A stretch of 64,000 bases of DNA from NCBI GenBank assembly GCA_963841025.1, contig CAWJBG010000001.1, positions 300,765-364,764 of the forward strand, written 5' to 3'. How positions within the stretch are numbered: the stretch's first letter is position 1; every line of letters begins with the position of its first letter. A model generated the notes under the pieces. The model searched no databases. It worked only from the letters and a program-made list of their open reading frames with translations, and was not told the origin of the DNA. A program made the translations under genes and the position numbers. Positions 1 to 10,367 of this stretch are shown in pieces. The stretch is from an uncultured Alphaproteobacteria bacterium (lineage in GTDB: Bacteria > Pseudomonadota > Alphaproteobacteria > Rhizobiales > Xanthobacteraceae).

Positions 1-31
1 AGCGACTGGCTGCGATGTGGCGTCTACTTGC

Positions 32-686
32 TCAGGTCGTAACTTCGTCGTGGAAGTTCGCGGCGGGTACGCTCGTGGCAAGAAGCTTCGGATAGAACTT
101 TTTGAAATCCGCAACGATTGTCTCAACCGGCACGTCCGCGAATGCGCCACGGTCGGCGAGATATTCCATGTGGCGGCGGCCGGAGAGGTCGACCGGCTGG
201 AACAGGCTGTCGGTCGCGCCATCGAACTCAAGCGGCGCGATGTTGGCGCGCGCGCACAAGGCCGAATCAAAAGCCGGCGTGCATTTCACCCATTTGCCGT
301 CGATTTTCAGTTCCGTGTACGAATGCCAATAGAAAGTGTCGCCAACGGTCTCTTTCAGGCGCGGCGAGGTAAGATGGTTGCGCACGTCGGCATAGCCGGG
401 GCGTGCGGGGATGCCGCTGGCGCGTGCTGCCGCGGCGAGTACGGCCGATTTGCCGACACAGAAACCTCTGCCGGCATCGAGCACGGCGCTGGCGCGGAAC
501 ACGCCCGGATCTGAAAAGTCGAGATACGGATCGTACTGGATCGAGTTCGCGCACGGCGCGGTAAAGCGCGATGGCCTTGTCTTTTGTCGTATGCGCCTCG
601 CCAATCGCCTTGCGCGCGAACGCCTGTATCGCCGGATCGTCGCAATCGACGAAGGGCGTGGCGTGCATGTAATCCGTCTCGTTCAT
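32..686 (-). pseudogene. transglutaminase-like (Cys-His-Asp fold) protein, frame broken once near 541-549
   Basis: The N-terminus (MNETDYMHATPFVDCDDPAIQAFARKAIGE..ALYRAVRE, ATG at 686) lies in the frame of ORF 267..872. The remainder (SIQYDPYLDF..GFCVGKSAVLAAAARASGIPAR..DVRNHL..HSYTEL) is ORF 32..604. The join implies one extra base. The gene lies 26 nt downstream of gene 712..3063. Confidence 0.6.
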
Positions 687-711
687 TGGCGTCTTCCAAT
701 CTGCAGAAAGT

Positions 712-3063
712 TCACTCGGCCGCTTGTTTGATCTCACGGCGCTGATCGTGACCTGACGGCCGCGCCGCACGCCGGAGCGCCGCCATGTCCGCCTGGTCGC
801 GTTGCGCGAGCCGGAAGGCTTGGTCCTTGCCCGCCAGATAGGGCGATGGCCAAACCTGCTCCCCATAACCATACTCGGCCGAAGCCATCAACGTGAAATG
901 GGGATTGGTCAGATGCAACCGCGCGATGGCGCAGATGTCGGCCCGGCCGGCCGCGACGATGGTGTTGACCTGATCCGCGGTCGTGATGTTGCCAACCGCG
1001 ATGGTTGGAATGCCGACCTCGTTGCGGATCATTTCTGAGAATGGTGTCTGGAACATGCGGCCATAGACCGGATTGGCCCACTTCGAGGTTTGGCCCGCCG
1101 ACACATCGATAATATCGGCGCCACGGGAGCGGAAGGCGGCCGCAACGCGCAGGCCGTCTTCCGGGGTGATGCCGCCCGGCGCCCAGTCGGTCGCCGAGAT
1201 GCGCACCGAGATTGGTTTGTGCCGGGGCCAATTGGCGCGCACGGCGTCGAACACTTCGAGGGGAAAGCGCATGCGGTTCTCGAAGTTGCCGCCGAATTCG
1301 TCAGGCCGCTGATTGCTCAGTGGCGAAATGAAGCCGGACAATAGATAGCCGTGGCCGGCATGCAGTTCGATCATGTCGAAATCGGCTTTGTCGGTATTGA
1401 CGGCCGCCTGCGCGTAATCGGCGATCACCCGTTCCATGTCCGCGCGCGTCATCTCGCGGGGCAAATGCATGTAGTCGTGGAATGCCAGCGGCGACGCGGC
1501 GAAGGTTTCCCAATTGTCCTCGTCTAGCGGGCGGTCCATGCCTTCCCAACCGCGCTTGGTCGATCCCTTGCGTCCGCAATGGCCGAGTTGCAGGCAAAGC
1601 TTCGCTTTGCTCTCGCGGTGGACAAAGTTGCTGATCCGCCGCCAGGCGGCGACGTGCGCATCATTATAGATGCCGGGACAACCGGGGGTGATGCGGCCTT
1701 GCTCGGACACCGCGGTCATTTCCGCGAACACCAGGCCGGCTCCACCCATCGCCAGATGGCCGAGATGGACGAGATGAAACTCGCCAGGGATCGCGCCCGG
1801 TTCGGCCGAGTACATATTCATCGGTGAAACCGCGACACGGTTCTCGACCACCATCTGTCCGATCCGGAACGGCGTGAACATCGGCGGCGGCGGATTATCG
1901 GTGGCGACGTCAAACCCTTGGGCGCGAACCGTGCCGGCAAACCAGGCCTGCACTTCGTCGACGAACTTCGGGTCGCGCAGGCGCAGGTTTTCGTAAGTGA
2001 CGGCTTTGGCACGCGAGAGCATGCTGAAGCAGGCCTGGATCGGGCTCATGCCCCAGTAGCGCGCCGGATTTTCGGTCCAAAGCGCGCTCACGTTCGCGGC
2101 ATATTGCGTCTTCTCGACCTCTTCGCGGCGCGAGCCCTGGAACGCTTTCAGTGCGCCGGCGACGGATCCGGATTTTTCAAACGAGTCAAATAAGGTGATC
2201 GCGTCTTCCATGGCGAGCTTGGTGCCGGAGCCGATGGAGAAATGTGCGGTGTGCAAGGCATCGCCGAGCAGCACGATGTTCTTATAGTACCAGTTCGCGT
2301 TCTGGATGACCGGGAAGCGCCGCCAAAATGAGCGGTTGGCGATGAGCTTGTGACCACGCAACTGTTTGCTGAACAGCTTTTCCAGATAGGCGACGGTTTG
2401 ATCCTCGTCGAGTTTAGCCAGCGTCAATTCCGCTTTCGCCCAGGTGGCGTCCGGCGCCTCGACCACCCAGGTGCTCATATCCCTTTTGTACTGATAGGTG
2501 CACAGATCCCAGATGCCGAATTCGTTCTCGGCAAAATGAAACGAGAACGCCGGCGACGGCGCCGTGCTGCCGAGCCAGATGAAATGATTGCGCCGCAATT
2601 CGACCTTGGGCTGGAAGTGCTCTTTGTACTTTTCCCGGATGAAGCTGCTGATGCCGTCGGCGGCGACGATGAGGTCGGCATCGCCGAACTGCGTCAGGTC
2701 GGAGATTTCCGTGGAAAATTCAAGCTTGACGCCGAGCTCGCGGCAACGATCCTGCAACACGGCGAGCAGACTGCGGCGTTCCGTGCCGCAAAACCCATGT
2801 CCGGTCGAGCGAACGACGTCGCCGCGAAAATTAAAGTCGATCTCGCCCCAGTAGGAGAATTCGCGGGTGATCGCCTCGTAAGATTGGCGATCGTGGTCCA
2901 TCAAATTGTCGAGCGTCTCGTCGGAAAACACCACGCCGAAGCCGAAGGTGTCGTCGGCGCGATGGCGCTCGTAGACAGTAATGTCGTAGTCGGTGAAGCG
3001 CTTCTTCATCAGCAGCGCGAAATAAAGCCCGCCCGGACCTCCGCCGATAACGACGATCTTCAC
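712..3063 (-). CDS. bifunctional FAD-dependent aromatic acyl-CoA monooxygenase / Old-Yellow-Enzyme-type reductase (salicylyl-CoA 5-hydroxylase / 2-aminobenzoyl-CoA monooxygenase-reductase family)
   Basis: 783-aa ORF. The N-terminus has a GxGxxG FAD fold (MKIVVIGGGPGGLYFALL) and a monooxygenase body (LLGDALHTAHFSIGSGTKLAMEDA). The C-terminal half is an OYE-like TIM barrel (HAGHGYLLSGFISP). Family assignment is from memory. Confidence 0.85.
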   Translation of the reverse strand: MKIVVIGGGPGGLYFALLMKKRFTDYDITVYERHRADDTFGFGVVFSDETLDNLMDHDRQSYEAITREFSYWGEIDFNFRGDVVRSTGHGFCGTERRSLLAVLQDRCRELGVKLEFSTEISDLTQFGDADLIVAADGISSFIREKYKEHFQPKVELRRNHFIWLGSTAPSPAFSFHFAENEFGIWDLCTYQYKRDMSTWVVEAPDATWAKAELTLAKLDEDQTVAYLEKLFSKQLRGHKLIANRSFWRRFPVIQNANWYYKNIVLLGDALHTAHFSIGSGTKLAMEDAITLFDSFEKSGSVAGALKAFQGSRREEVEKTQYAANVSALWTENPARYWGMSPIQACFSMLSRAKAVTYENLRLRDPKFVDEVQAWFAGTVRAQGFDVATDNPPPPMFTPFRIGQMVVENRVAVSPMNMYSAEPGAIPGEFHLVHLGHLAMGGAGLVFAEMTAVSEQGRITPGCPGIYNDAHVAAWRRISNFVHRESKAKLCLQLGHCGRKGSTKRGWEGMDRPLDEDNWETFAASPLAFHDYMHLPREMTRADMERVIADYAQAAVNTDKADFDMIELHAGHGYLLSGFISPLSNQRPDEFGGNFENRMRFPLEVFDAVRANWPRHKPISVRISATDWAPGGITPEDGLRVAAAFRSRGADIIDVSAGQTSKWANPVYGRMFQTPFSEMIRNEVGIPTIAVGNITTADQVNTIVAAGRADICAIARLHLTNPHFTLMASAEYGYGEQVWPSPYLAGKDQAFRLAQRDQADMAALRRAARPSGHDQRREIKQAAE

Positions 3064-3151
3064 GCCGCGATCTCCAATTTTTCACGCTGGATTTATCGAT
3101 CGATTTTACCTTGTAATTTACATCAGTCAATCTACGATAGGGGCACGAATA

Positions 3152-3707
3152 ATGGGAGGCCGCATGCCGGCAAGCAAAGCACGTGCGAATGTGGCAAAGC
3201 TTGAAACGCCGACGCCGCTTGGACGCACCGAGCGCGAGCGTGCGTTTTTGGAATTTGAGCAGGCATTGATTTGCGCCTCCGAAGCGTTTTACCGATTTGC
3301 CGGTGCAGTGTTCGGTCCGGCCGGCGCGAGACGAAAAGCTCACCGGACAGGAATGCGTGATCCTGCAGCAATTGATGTTTACGCCGCGGCCGCGCAGCAT
3401 CAGCGAGCTGAGCCGTTTCAGTAATCGCGACGATATTTCCAACATTCAGTATAGCTTGCGTAAGCTTGCGGCGGCGGGATTGATAGAGAAGGTTCCCGGC
3501 AGCACCAACCGCGACACGCGTTATCGTCCGACCCAGGCGGGGCGCGACCTGACCGAGTTCCTGGTTTCATCGCGGCGTGAGTTGCTGATCTCGCCAAGCG
3601 CTGAGGTCTCAAATATTGAGGCTCAACTTAAATCGGCGAGCAATGCGCTATCACTGCTCACGGGCCTCTACGACCACACTTCGCGGGTCCTCGCCGCGCG
3701 CATGTAA
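3152..3707 (+). pseudogene. MarR/winged-helix transcriptional regulator, frame broken near 3296-3300
   Basis: The N-terminal helix (ERERAFLEFEQALICASEAFYRF) is in ORF 3152..3424. The wHTH body (LTGQECVILQQL..ISNIQYSLRKLAAAGLIEKV) is in ORF 3297..3707, which the track starts at a TTG. One extra base would join them. The true start may be the ATG at 3164, after GGGAGG. Confidence 0.55.
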
Positions 3708-3725
3708 GACGATCGATCGGCGGCA

Positions 3726-5039
3726 TTGGGGGAATACGTGGAATTTGCGCTGCCGTTTCCGACATCCCGCGACGAGATTGCGCGCATCCAGCGCGTTCGA
3801 AAACGCAATGCCTTTGAACTCGCGAAAAAGGCGGCATGGTATCGCGGCAAGCTCGACCACATCGATGCCGACAAGCTCGACGATAAAGACGTTTGGGAGA
3901 GCATTCCGATTCTCGATAAAGACGTGCTGCGCAAATTCTCGCACGCCGACTTCCTCGACAATCTTTGCATCGTGCCGAACAGCGAGATTGCCGAATATTG
4001 GCGCTCGGGCGGCTCGACCGGACAGCCGGTGTTTTATCCGCGCAACAAGGACGATGTGCGCTACGCCGAGTTGTCATGGGGACGCTCGTTCCCGTGCATC
4101 GGCATTGTGCCGGGCGACCTTTGCCACATTTCTTTCCCTCTCGGCATCCATCCCGCCGGTCAGATTTGGGCGCGCAGCTCGCGCCTGTTCGACGTCGGCA
4201 TGGTGTGGGTCGGCGCCGGAAATTCCTATCCGTCGGCCGCGCAGCTTGAACTGATCGGGAGTCTGCGGCCAACAGTTTTCATCGGCATGAGCAGCTTCGC
4301 GCTGCATCTGGCGAATCTGGCCGAGGCAAAGGGCATCGACCTGGCAGCGTCGTCGGTGCGCAAGCTTGTCTGCTCCGCAGAAACTTTATCTGCAGCCAAG
4401 CGGGAAAAGCTTTCGCGGATGTGGGGCGCCGAGGTGTTCGACGTGTTCGGCATGAGTGAAGCCGGCTTGATGGGCGCGGAAACAGCGGCGCACGACGGTA
4501 TCCATATCTGGACCGATATGTTCTTTATCGAAGTGGTTGACGCGGACACTGGCAGATCGCTGCCGGAGGGCGAAGTCGGAACGCTCTGCGTCACGCCGCT
4601 GTGGACTAATCACGCTACGCCGTTCCTGCGCTGGAATTCGGGAGATCTGGTCAGCTACGTCTCACGCTCGTCGGGGTCCGGTCCATTCGCCGAATTGTTT
4701 CCGATGATCCGGCACGCCAATCGCACCACCGGCTTTTTCAAGGTCCGCGGCGTCAACGTCAATCACGCGGACTTTGAAGACTTCATGTTCCGGAATCCCG
4801 CGGTTCTCGACTTCCAGGCAATCCTCGAAACCGAGCCGGCAACGGGCCGCGAAGGCTTGAAGGTTCTCGTCGAGATCAAGGCCGCGATTGACCACGCTGC
4901 GGTGTGCGCGCACGTTGCGGTCAGCATCAAGGACACCTTTGAGGTCACGCCGCTGGTAGAAGCGCTCGCGCGCGGCACGCTGGCGACCGAATTCGAACGC
5001 AGCCTCAAAGCGCCGCGCTTTATCGACCGCCGTCAGTAA
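3726..5039 (+). CDS. phenylacetate-CoA ligase family (PaaK-like adenylate-forming) aromatic acid-CoA ligase
   Basis: 437-aa ORF with WRSGGSTGQPVFYP and CSAETLS..FGMSEAG motifs typical of PaaK-type ligases. The start is uncertain (TTG 3726 or GTG 3738). Confidence 0.8.
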   Translation: MGEYVEFALPFPTSRDEIARIQRVRKRNAFELAKKAAWYRGKLDHIDADKLDDKDVWESIPILDKDVLRKFSHADFLDNLCIVPNSEIAEYWRSGGSTGQPVFYPRNKDDVRYAELSWGRSFPCIGIVPGDLCHISFPLGIHPAGQIWARSSRLFDVGMVWVGAGNSYPSAAQLELIGSLRPTVFIGMSSFALHLANLAEAKGIDLAASSVRKLVCSAETLSAAKREKLSRMWGAEVFDVFGMSEAGLMGAETAAHDGIHIWTDMFFIEVVDADTGRSLPEGEVGTLCVTPLWTNHATPFLRWNSGDLVSYVSRSSGSGPFAELFPMIRHANRTTGFFKVRGVNVNHADFEDFMFRNPAVLDFQAILETEPATGREGLKVLVEIKAAIDHAAVCAHVAVSIKDTFEVTPLVEALARGTLATEFERSLKAPRFIDRRQ

Positions 5040-5055
5040 CAAGCCGCGCCTCGCC

Positions 5056-5799
5056 TCATACGTGCTGGCCGCCGTTGATGTGGATCTCGGCGCCGTTGAC
5101 GTAGGACGACGTATCCGTGCACAGCACGTAGATGATCTTTGCCACTTCGTCGGGTGTGCCCAGCCGGTGCATCGGGATCATCTCGACGATCTTTTCGGTG
5201 CCGGGAGAGAGCATCGCGGTGTCGATCTCGCCCGGTGCTATGGCGTTGACGCGAACGCCGACCGCGCCGAAGTCGTGCGCCATCTCGCGCGTTAATGCCG
5301 CCAGCGCCGCCTTCGACGTGGCATAGGCAGCTCCGGCGAACGGATGCACGCGCGAGCCGGCGATCGAGGTGACATTGACGACAGAGCCTTTCGCGGCCTT
5401 TAGCTCATCGAGCAGTCCGCGCGCCAGCATGATCGGAGCAAAGAAATTCACCTGGAAAACATGGTGCCAGTCGTCGCGCGAGGTGCCGATCGAGCCGAGC
5501 CGCATGCCGCCGTCAGCCTTGGGCGAAATCGCTGCGTTATTGACGAGCGCATGCAGTTCACCGTTGATCCGCCGCTTGATCTCGGCGATGGCTTCTTCGG
5601 TGTTCTCCGGCTCCGACAGATCGACCTGAATATGATCCTCGGGTCCCGCTTCCCACGGACAATTCTCTGGGAACGGATGGCGCGAGCAGGTAATGACGCG
5701 CCAGCCGGCCGCAGAAAAGCGCTTGACGGTGGCGTGGCCGATGCCGCGGCTCGCTCCGGTGAGAAGGAGAGTTCGGCGCGGCTGATTACTATTTGGCAC
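5056..5799 (-). CDS. SDR family oxidoreductase
   Basis: TGASRGIGHA cofactor motif, NNAA, and YATSKAAL catalytic Y-x3-K. 247 aa. Confidence 0.85.
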   Translation of the reverse strand: MPNSNQPRRTLLLTGASRGIGHATVKRFSAAGWRVITCSRHPFPENCPWEAGPEDHIQVDLSEPENTEEAIAEIKRRINGELHALVNNAAISPKADGGMRLGSIGTSRDDWHHVFQVNFFAPIMLARGLLDELKAAKGSVVNVTSIAGSRVHPFAGAAYATSKAALAALTREMAHDFGAVGVRVNAIAPGEIDTAMLSPGTEKIVEMIPMHRLGTPDEVAKIIYVLCTDTSSYVNGAEIHINGGQHV

Positions 5800-5811
5800 T
5801 CTCGTCGTCCT

Positions 5812-6453
5812 CTAAGGATAGAGCCGCGTCTTGTTCCACGGCGCGTCTGGATGCTCGCGCCGAAACGCGATCCGATCATGCAGCCGGAACGGACGCTCCG
5901 CCCAGAATTCGATCTCTTGCGGCACAACGCGGTAGCCCGACCAGTGCGGCGGCCGCGGTACGGTTCCGATTCCGAACTTCGCCGTGAAACGCGCGACCGC
6001 CTTCTCGAACGCCAAACGGCTTTCGAGCGGCGCGGACTGATTGCTGGCCCAAGCGCCGATCTGCGCCATGCGCGAGCGGGTGGCGAAGTAGGCATCGGCT
6101 TCCTCGGCCGATACCGGCTCGACGCTGCCGCGCAGCCGGACCTGACGCTGCAGCGCTTTCCAGTAAAACGTCAGCGCTGCTCTGGGCTCGTCCGCCATTT
6201 CGCGGCCCTTTGCGCTGTTCTGGTTGGTGTAGAAAACGAAGCCGCGCTGATCGAAACCCTTCAGCAGGACCATGCGGGCGTTCGGCATTCCGTTGCGATC
6301 CACGGTTGCGAGCGTCATGGCGTCGGGATTGACCGGCTCAGCGCGTTTTGCCTCCGCAAACCACGCCGCGAATAGCTGCAATGGCTCGTCCGCTTGCGCG
6401 AAGTCACCAGCCGTTAACCATACCGGGTGTTCAATCGGGGCGGTGTCTGACAT
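5812..6453 (-). CDS. pdxH: pyridoxamine 5'-phosphate oxidase
   Basis: Strong PdxH-like sequence ([38 protein letters not shown]..). Trimmed to the ATG at 6453, giving about 213 aa. The longer tracked ORF adds an implausible Arg/Ala-rich extension. Confidence 0.9.
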   Translation of the reverse strand: MSDTAPIEHPVWLTAGDFAQADEPLQLFAAWFAEAKRAEPVNPDAMTLATVDRNGMPNARMVLLKGFDQRGFVFYTNQNSAKGREMADEPRAALTFYWKALQRQVRLRGSVEPVSAEEADAYFATRSRMAQIGAWASNQSAPLESRLAFEKAVARFTAKFGIGTVPRPPHWSGYRVVPQEIEFWAERPFRLHDRIAFRREHPDAPWNKTRLYP

Positions 6454-6526
6454 GTCCTGTGGAGTAATCCAGTTGCGCGTACACGGCGATCGGGACGCGG
6501 GCCGCCGGTCTCTATATAGTGGAACC

Positions 6527-6964
6527 GTGCCGCCGCGCCTACGTTGCGTTGCCCTTCGGTTCGCCGCCGCATTAGCGGTGCTCGGCGCTATGGCCGCTGG
6601 CGGCTGTTCGCTGCCGCTCGACACGATGTTCGAGAAGGCCGACGCCCAGGTCGAACAAACCGGGTCAGTAACGCCCGCCGGCGCGCCGTCTGAGGCGGAC
6701 CTCGCTTATGCGCGTGCGGTCGCCACAGACGCGCTCGCGCGCGGCAGCAAAGACAGCAGCATCCCGTGGGCTAATCCCAATACCGGCGCCGGCGGCAACA
6801 TCACGCCGCTCGCGGCGGCCTATAACGAGGGGGCTGTGTTCTGCCGCGATTTCCTGGCGAGCTACATACGCGGGCAATCACAGGCATGGCTCAAAGGCGA
6901 GGCCTGCCGGACCGATCATGGCCAGTGGGAAGTAAAGAGCCTCAAGCAGCTCAAACAGAGTTGA
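6527..6964 (+). CDS. small surface lipoprotein (RT0821/Lpp0805-like)
   Basis: Signal peptide with a lipobox-like AAGGC, then a conserved [20 protein letters not shown] core. GTG 6527 is chosen because upstream in-frame sequence overlaps pdxH. Confidence 0.6.
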   Translation: MPPRLRCVALRFAAALAVLGAMAAGGCSLPLDTMFEKADAQVEQTGSVTPAGAPSEADLAYARAVATDALARGSKDSSIPWANPNTGAGGNITPLAAAYNEGAVFCRDFLASYIRGQSQAWLKGEACRTDHGQWEVKSLKQLKQS

Positions 6965-7081
6965 ACACAGGATCATCGCTGTCTCGGCCCGGTATTGCAT
7001 TGCGGGACGGCGACTTAAGTCCCACATTGCAAATCATGGGCGGGCGGGGCCAGCCCCAAAACTGAACGGAGTTCATGGGGA

Positions 7082-8095
7082 ATGCGTGATCCCTATGACG
7101 TGCTGAGCGTCGATCGGAAGGCGAGTGCAGCCGACATCAAGAGCGCCTTCCGGCGTCTCGCCAAGAAACTGCATCCCGACGCCAACAAAAACGATCCGAA
7201 TGCGGCGTCGCGTTTTGCCGAAATCAACGCTGCCTATGAAATTTTGGGCGAAGCGGACAAGCGAAAAGCTTTCGACCGCGGCGAGATCGACGCCGAGGGC
7301 AAGCCGAAATTTCGCGGCTTTGAGGGATTTGGCGGCGGCGGCGGACCGCAGCCTGGCGGCGGTGGCTTTGGCCCCGAAGCGGAGTTCGAGACTTTCAGCT
7401 TCGGTCCGGAGGGTTTTACCCGGGGCGCGCGGCGTGGCCGCGCCGGTGGGGGCGGTGCGGGTTACAGCGGCGGCTTTGAAGATATCCTCCGCGACGCCTT
7501 CGGCGGCATGGGCGGCGCCGGCGCTCGCCGTGGCGGACCGGGCGCGGCGTTCGAGGGCGAGGATTTTGCCGCGGCTCCTGGCGCTAACGTCACTGCAGCA
7601 TTGACGGTCTCGCTGGCTGACGCTGCCCATGGCGTGACTCAACGAATGCACTTGCCGAACGGCAAGGATCTGGAAGTTAAGATTCCGGCCGGCATCACCA
7701 ACGGTCAGCAAGTCCGGCTTCGCGGCCAAGGCATGCCGGGACAGGGCGGCGCCGGCGACGTGTTGATCACGGTCTCGATCGCTCCGAATTCGATCTTTAC
7801 GCTTGATGGCACCGATATTCGGCTCGACCTGCCGATCACGCTCTATGAGGCCGTGCTCGGCGCGAAGGTGCGTGTACCGACGCTCGACAAGCCGCTGGAG
7901 ATCACCATACCCGCCGGAACCAGCAGCGGCCGGACCTTCCGCCTCAAGGGCAAAGGATTTCCTGCGAAGGAGGGTCCGGGCGATCTTCTTGCCACCGTTC
8001 GAATTGCCCTGCCGCAGCAGAGCGATCCCGAGCTTGCGGCGCTGATGGAGAAATGGCGCACGGACAAACCCTACGATCCGCGCAAGGGCATGTAG
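7082..8095 (+). CDS. J-domain co-chaperone without zinc finger (CbpA/DnaJ-like)
   Basis: J domain (DPYDVLSV..HPD), a Gly-rich linker and DnaJ C-terminal beta domains. No CxxCxGxG repeats. Confidence 0.85.
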   Translation: MRDPYDVLSVDRKASAADIKSAFRRLAKKLHPDANKNDPNAASRFAEINAAYEILGEADKRKAFDRGEIDAEGKPKFRGFEGFGGGGGPQPGGGGFGPEAEFETFSFGPEGFTRGARRGRAGGGGAGYSGGFEDILRDAFGGMGGAGARRGGPGAAFEGEDFAAAPGANVTAALTVSLADAAHGVTQRMHLPNGKDLEVKIPAGITNGQQVRLRGQGMPGQGGAGDVLITVSIAPNSIFTLDGTDIRLDLPITLYEAVLGAKVRVPTLDKPLEITIPAGTSSGRTFRLKGKGFPAKEGPGDLLATVRIALPQQSDPELAALMEKWRTDKPYDPRKGM

Positions 8096-8254
8096 ACGTT
8101 AGCGCCATCGCCGCGCTGAAAATCGCGGCTTCGCGATAGCGACGTTTCGGGCTGGAACTGCGGTTCAGCATGTTCCGGTGGTGCGCTTGAAGGCCCCTAC
8201 GGCCCTATGCCATACGAGGCTAGGCGCCGGAAATCGTCGTAGCGGGGTCGGAGA

Positions 8255-9082
8255 ATGCCGGGAATCTCGGGCCTCATGCGCGGCAAGCGCGGCCTCATCA
8301 TGGGGGTCGCCAACCAACGCTCGCTCGCTTGGGGAATTGCCAAAGCGTGCCATGGCCACGGCGCGGAACTCGCGTTCACCTATCAGGGCGACGCGCTCAA
8401 AAAACGCGTCGAGCCGCTGGCGCAAGAAGTCGGCGGGATCGTTGTCGGGCATTGCGATGTCGCGGTGCCAGAAACTATCGATGCGGCGTTCGCGGCGCTG
8501 CAATCGGCCTGGGGCGCGATTGATTTTCTGGTCCACGCCATCGCGTTCTCGGATCGCGCGCAGCTCGACGGGCGCTACGTCGACACCACCGCGGACAATT
8601 TCACCCAGACCATGCTGGTGAGCTGTTATTCGTTCACCTCGGTCGCGCAGCGCGCCGAAAAGATGATGCCGAACGGCGGCTCCATGCTCACGCTCACATA
8701 TTACGGAGCGGAGAAATGGATGCCGCACTACAACGTGATGGGGGTGGCCAAAGCAGCCCTCGAAGCCTCGGTGATGTATCTTGCCGCCGATCTCGGCGCG
8801 AAAAACATCCGCGTCAACGCGATTTCGTCGGGCCCGATCAAGACGCTCGCCGCTGCCGGCATCGCCGACCTGCGCTACATCTTCAAATGGAACGAATACA
8901 ACGCGCCGCTGCGGCGCAATGTTACGATCGAAGACGTGGGCGAAGCGGGCGCGTACCTTCTTTCCGACATGTCGCGCGGCGTCACTGGTGAAATTCATCA
9001 CGTCGATGCCGGCTACCACATCGTCGGTATGAAGCACCCCGACGCGCCGGACATCACCGTCGGCAACAATGGCAAGGAATAA
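8255..9082 (+). CDS. fabI: enoyl-[acyl-carrier-protein] reductase (NADH)
   Basis: LMRGKRGLIMGVAN, YYGAEK..YNVMGVAKAALE and ISSGPIKTLAA are all classic FabI motifs. Confidence 0.9.
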   Translation: MPGISGLMRGKRGLIMGVANQRSLAWGIAKACHGHGAELAFTYQGDALKKRVEPLAQEVGGIVVGHCDVAVPETIDAAFAALQSAWGAIDFLVHAIAFSDRAQLDGRYVDTTADNFTQTMLVSCYSFTSVAQRAEKMMPNGGSMLTLTYYGAEKWMPHYNVMGVAKAALEASVMYLAADLGAKNIRVNAISSGPIKTLAAAGIADLRYIFKWNEYNAPLRRNVTIEDVGEAGAYLLSDMSRGVTGEIHHVDAGYHIVGMKHPDAPDITVGNNGKE

Positions 9083-9215
9083 GGCGCAACGCCGATCGCG
9101 ACTTTAAAGCTGGAATAGTCTATATTTTCCCATTGCTTAGCGGTTATTCAATCAAAAGCATGGACAAAAGTCCTGCAAGCGCGCCAAGAAACGCAACCAA
9201 CAAACATTCGCGATC

Positions 9216-10340
9216 ATGTCGTTCAATACTTTCGGACATTCATTTCGGGTAACGACCTTCGGCGAGAGCCACGGACCGGCCATCGGCTGCGTTGTCGACG
9301 GCTGTCCGCCGCGCATTGCGCTTAGCGAATCCGACATCCAGCCCTATCTCGATCGGCGCCGCCCGGGCCAATCGCGCTTCACCACGCAGCGCCAGGAACC
9401 AGACGCGATCAAAATCCTGTCCGGGGTATTTTTGGACGAAGCCAGCGGTCAACAGGTCACCACCGGCGCGCCGATTGCGCTACTCATCGACAACCTCGAT
9501 CAGCGCAGCAAAGATTACTCCGGCATCAAAGACAAATATCGGCCGGGCCACGCCGATTACACCTACGATGTCAAATACGGCCTGCGCGATTATCGCGGCG
9601 GCGGCCGCCAGTCCGCGCGCGAGACGGCGATGCGGGTCGCTGCCGGCGCCATCGCCCGCAAAATCGTGCCGAATTTGCAAGTGCGCGGTGCGCTGGTTCA
9701 GATCGGTCCGCACCGGATCGATCGGACGCGCTGGGATTGGGCCGAGGTCGCGCGCAATCCGTTCTTCTCGCCGGATGCCGAACGCGCCGCATTCTTCGCC
9801 GAGTATCTCGACGGTGTGCGCAAGCGCGGCTCTTCCATCGGCGCAGTCATTGAGATTGTCGCCGACGGCGTGCCGCCCGGCCTCGGCGCCCCGATTTATG
9901 GCAAGCTCGATGCCGATCTCGCTGCGGCGCTGATGAGCATCAATGCCGTCAAAGGCGTCGAGATCGGCGCCGGCTTCGGTGCGGCTGAATTGTCCGGTGA
10001 GGAGAACGGTGACGAGATGCGCATGGGCAACGATGGCAAGCCGCTGTTTCTCTCGAACAACGCCGGCGGCATCCTGGGCGGTATTTCGACCGGCCAGCCG
10101 GTCGTGGCGCGCTTTGCGGTCAAGCCGACCTCTTCGATTCTTGCCCCGCGCCGGACGGTAGATCGCTATGGCCGCGACACAGAGATATCGACCACAGGCC
10201 GCCACGATCCGTGTGTCGGTATCCGCGCCGTGCCGGTGGGGGAGGCCATGGTGGCATGCGTCATTGCCGATCACTATCTGCGGCATCGCGGCCAAGTCGG
10301 CGAGGCGTCCGCTTGGCCGTTTCCGCCGGCGTCAATGTGA
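9216..10340 (+). CDS. aroC: chorismate synthase
   Basis: [32 protein letters not shown] and [14 protein letters not shown]. Confidence 0.95.
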   Translation: MSFNTFGHSFRVTTFGESHGPAIGCVVDGCPPRIALSESDIQPYLDRRRPGQSRFTTQRQEPDAIKILSGVFLDEASGQQVTTGAPIALLIDNLDQRSKDYSGIKDKYRPGHADYTYDVKYGLRDYRGGGRQSARETAMRVAAGAIARKIVPNLQVRGALVQIGPHRIDRTRWDWAEVARNPFFSPDAERAAFFAEYLDGVRKRGSSIGAVIEIVADGVPPGLGAPIYGKLDADLAAALMSINAVKGVEIGAGFGAAELSGEENGDEMRMGNDGKPLFLSNNAGGILGGISTGQPVVARFAVKPTSSILAPRRTVDRYGRDTEISTTGRHDPCVGIRAVPVGEAMVACVIADHYLRHRGQVGEASAWPFPPASM

Positions 10341-10367
10341 CGGTACGGCGGTAGTGAGGGGCAGGTA

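Noticed and set aside
2350-3204. Long antisense ORFs opposite real genes. Examples: 2350..3204(+), 8165..9037(-), 13129..14028(-), 17355..18365(-), 20105..20860(-), 29234..30544(+), 47355..48368(-) and 52166..53608(+).
   Set aside because: Their products are Arg/Ala/Pro/Gly-rich and match no family. They lie exactly opposite strongly recognisable genes, which makes them typical GC-rich shadow ORFs.
6272-6624. N-terminal extensions of ORFs 5812..6624(-) and 6272..6964(+) that overlap each other.
   Set aside because: The extensions are low-complexity and mutually overlapping. Internal starts (ATG 6453, GTG 6527) give family-typical lengths.
10341-10367. FMN riboswitch upstream of ribB.
   Set aside because: Only 27 nt separate the aroC stop from the ribB start, leaving no room for an RFN element.
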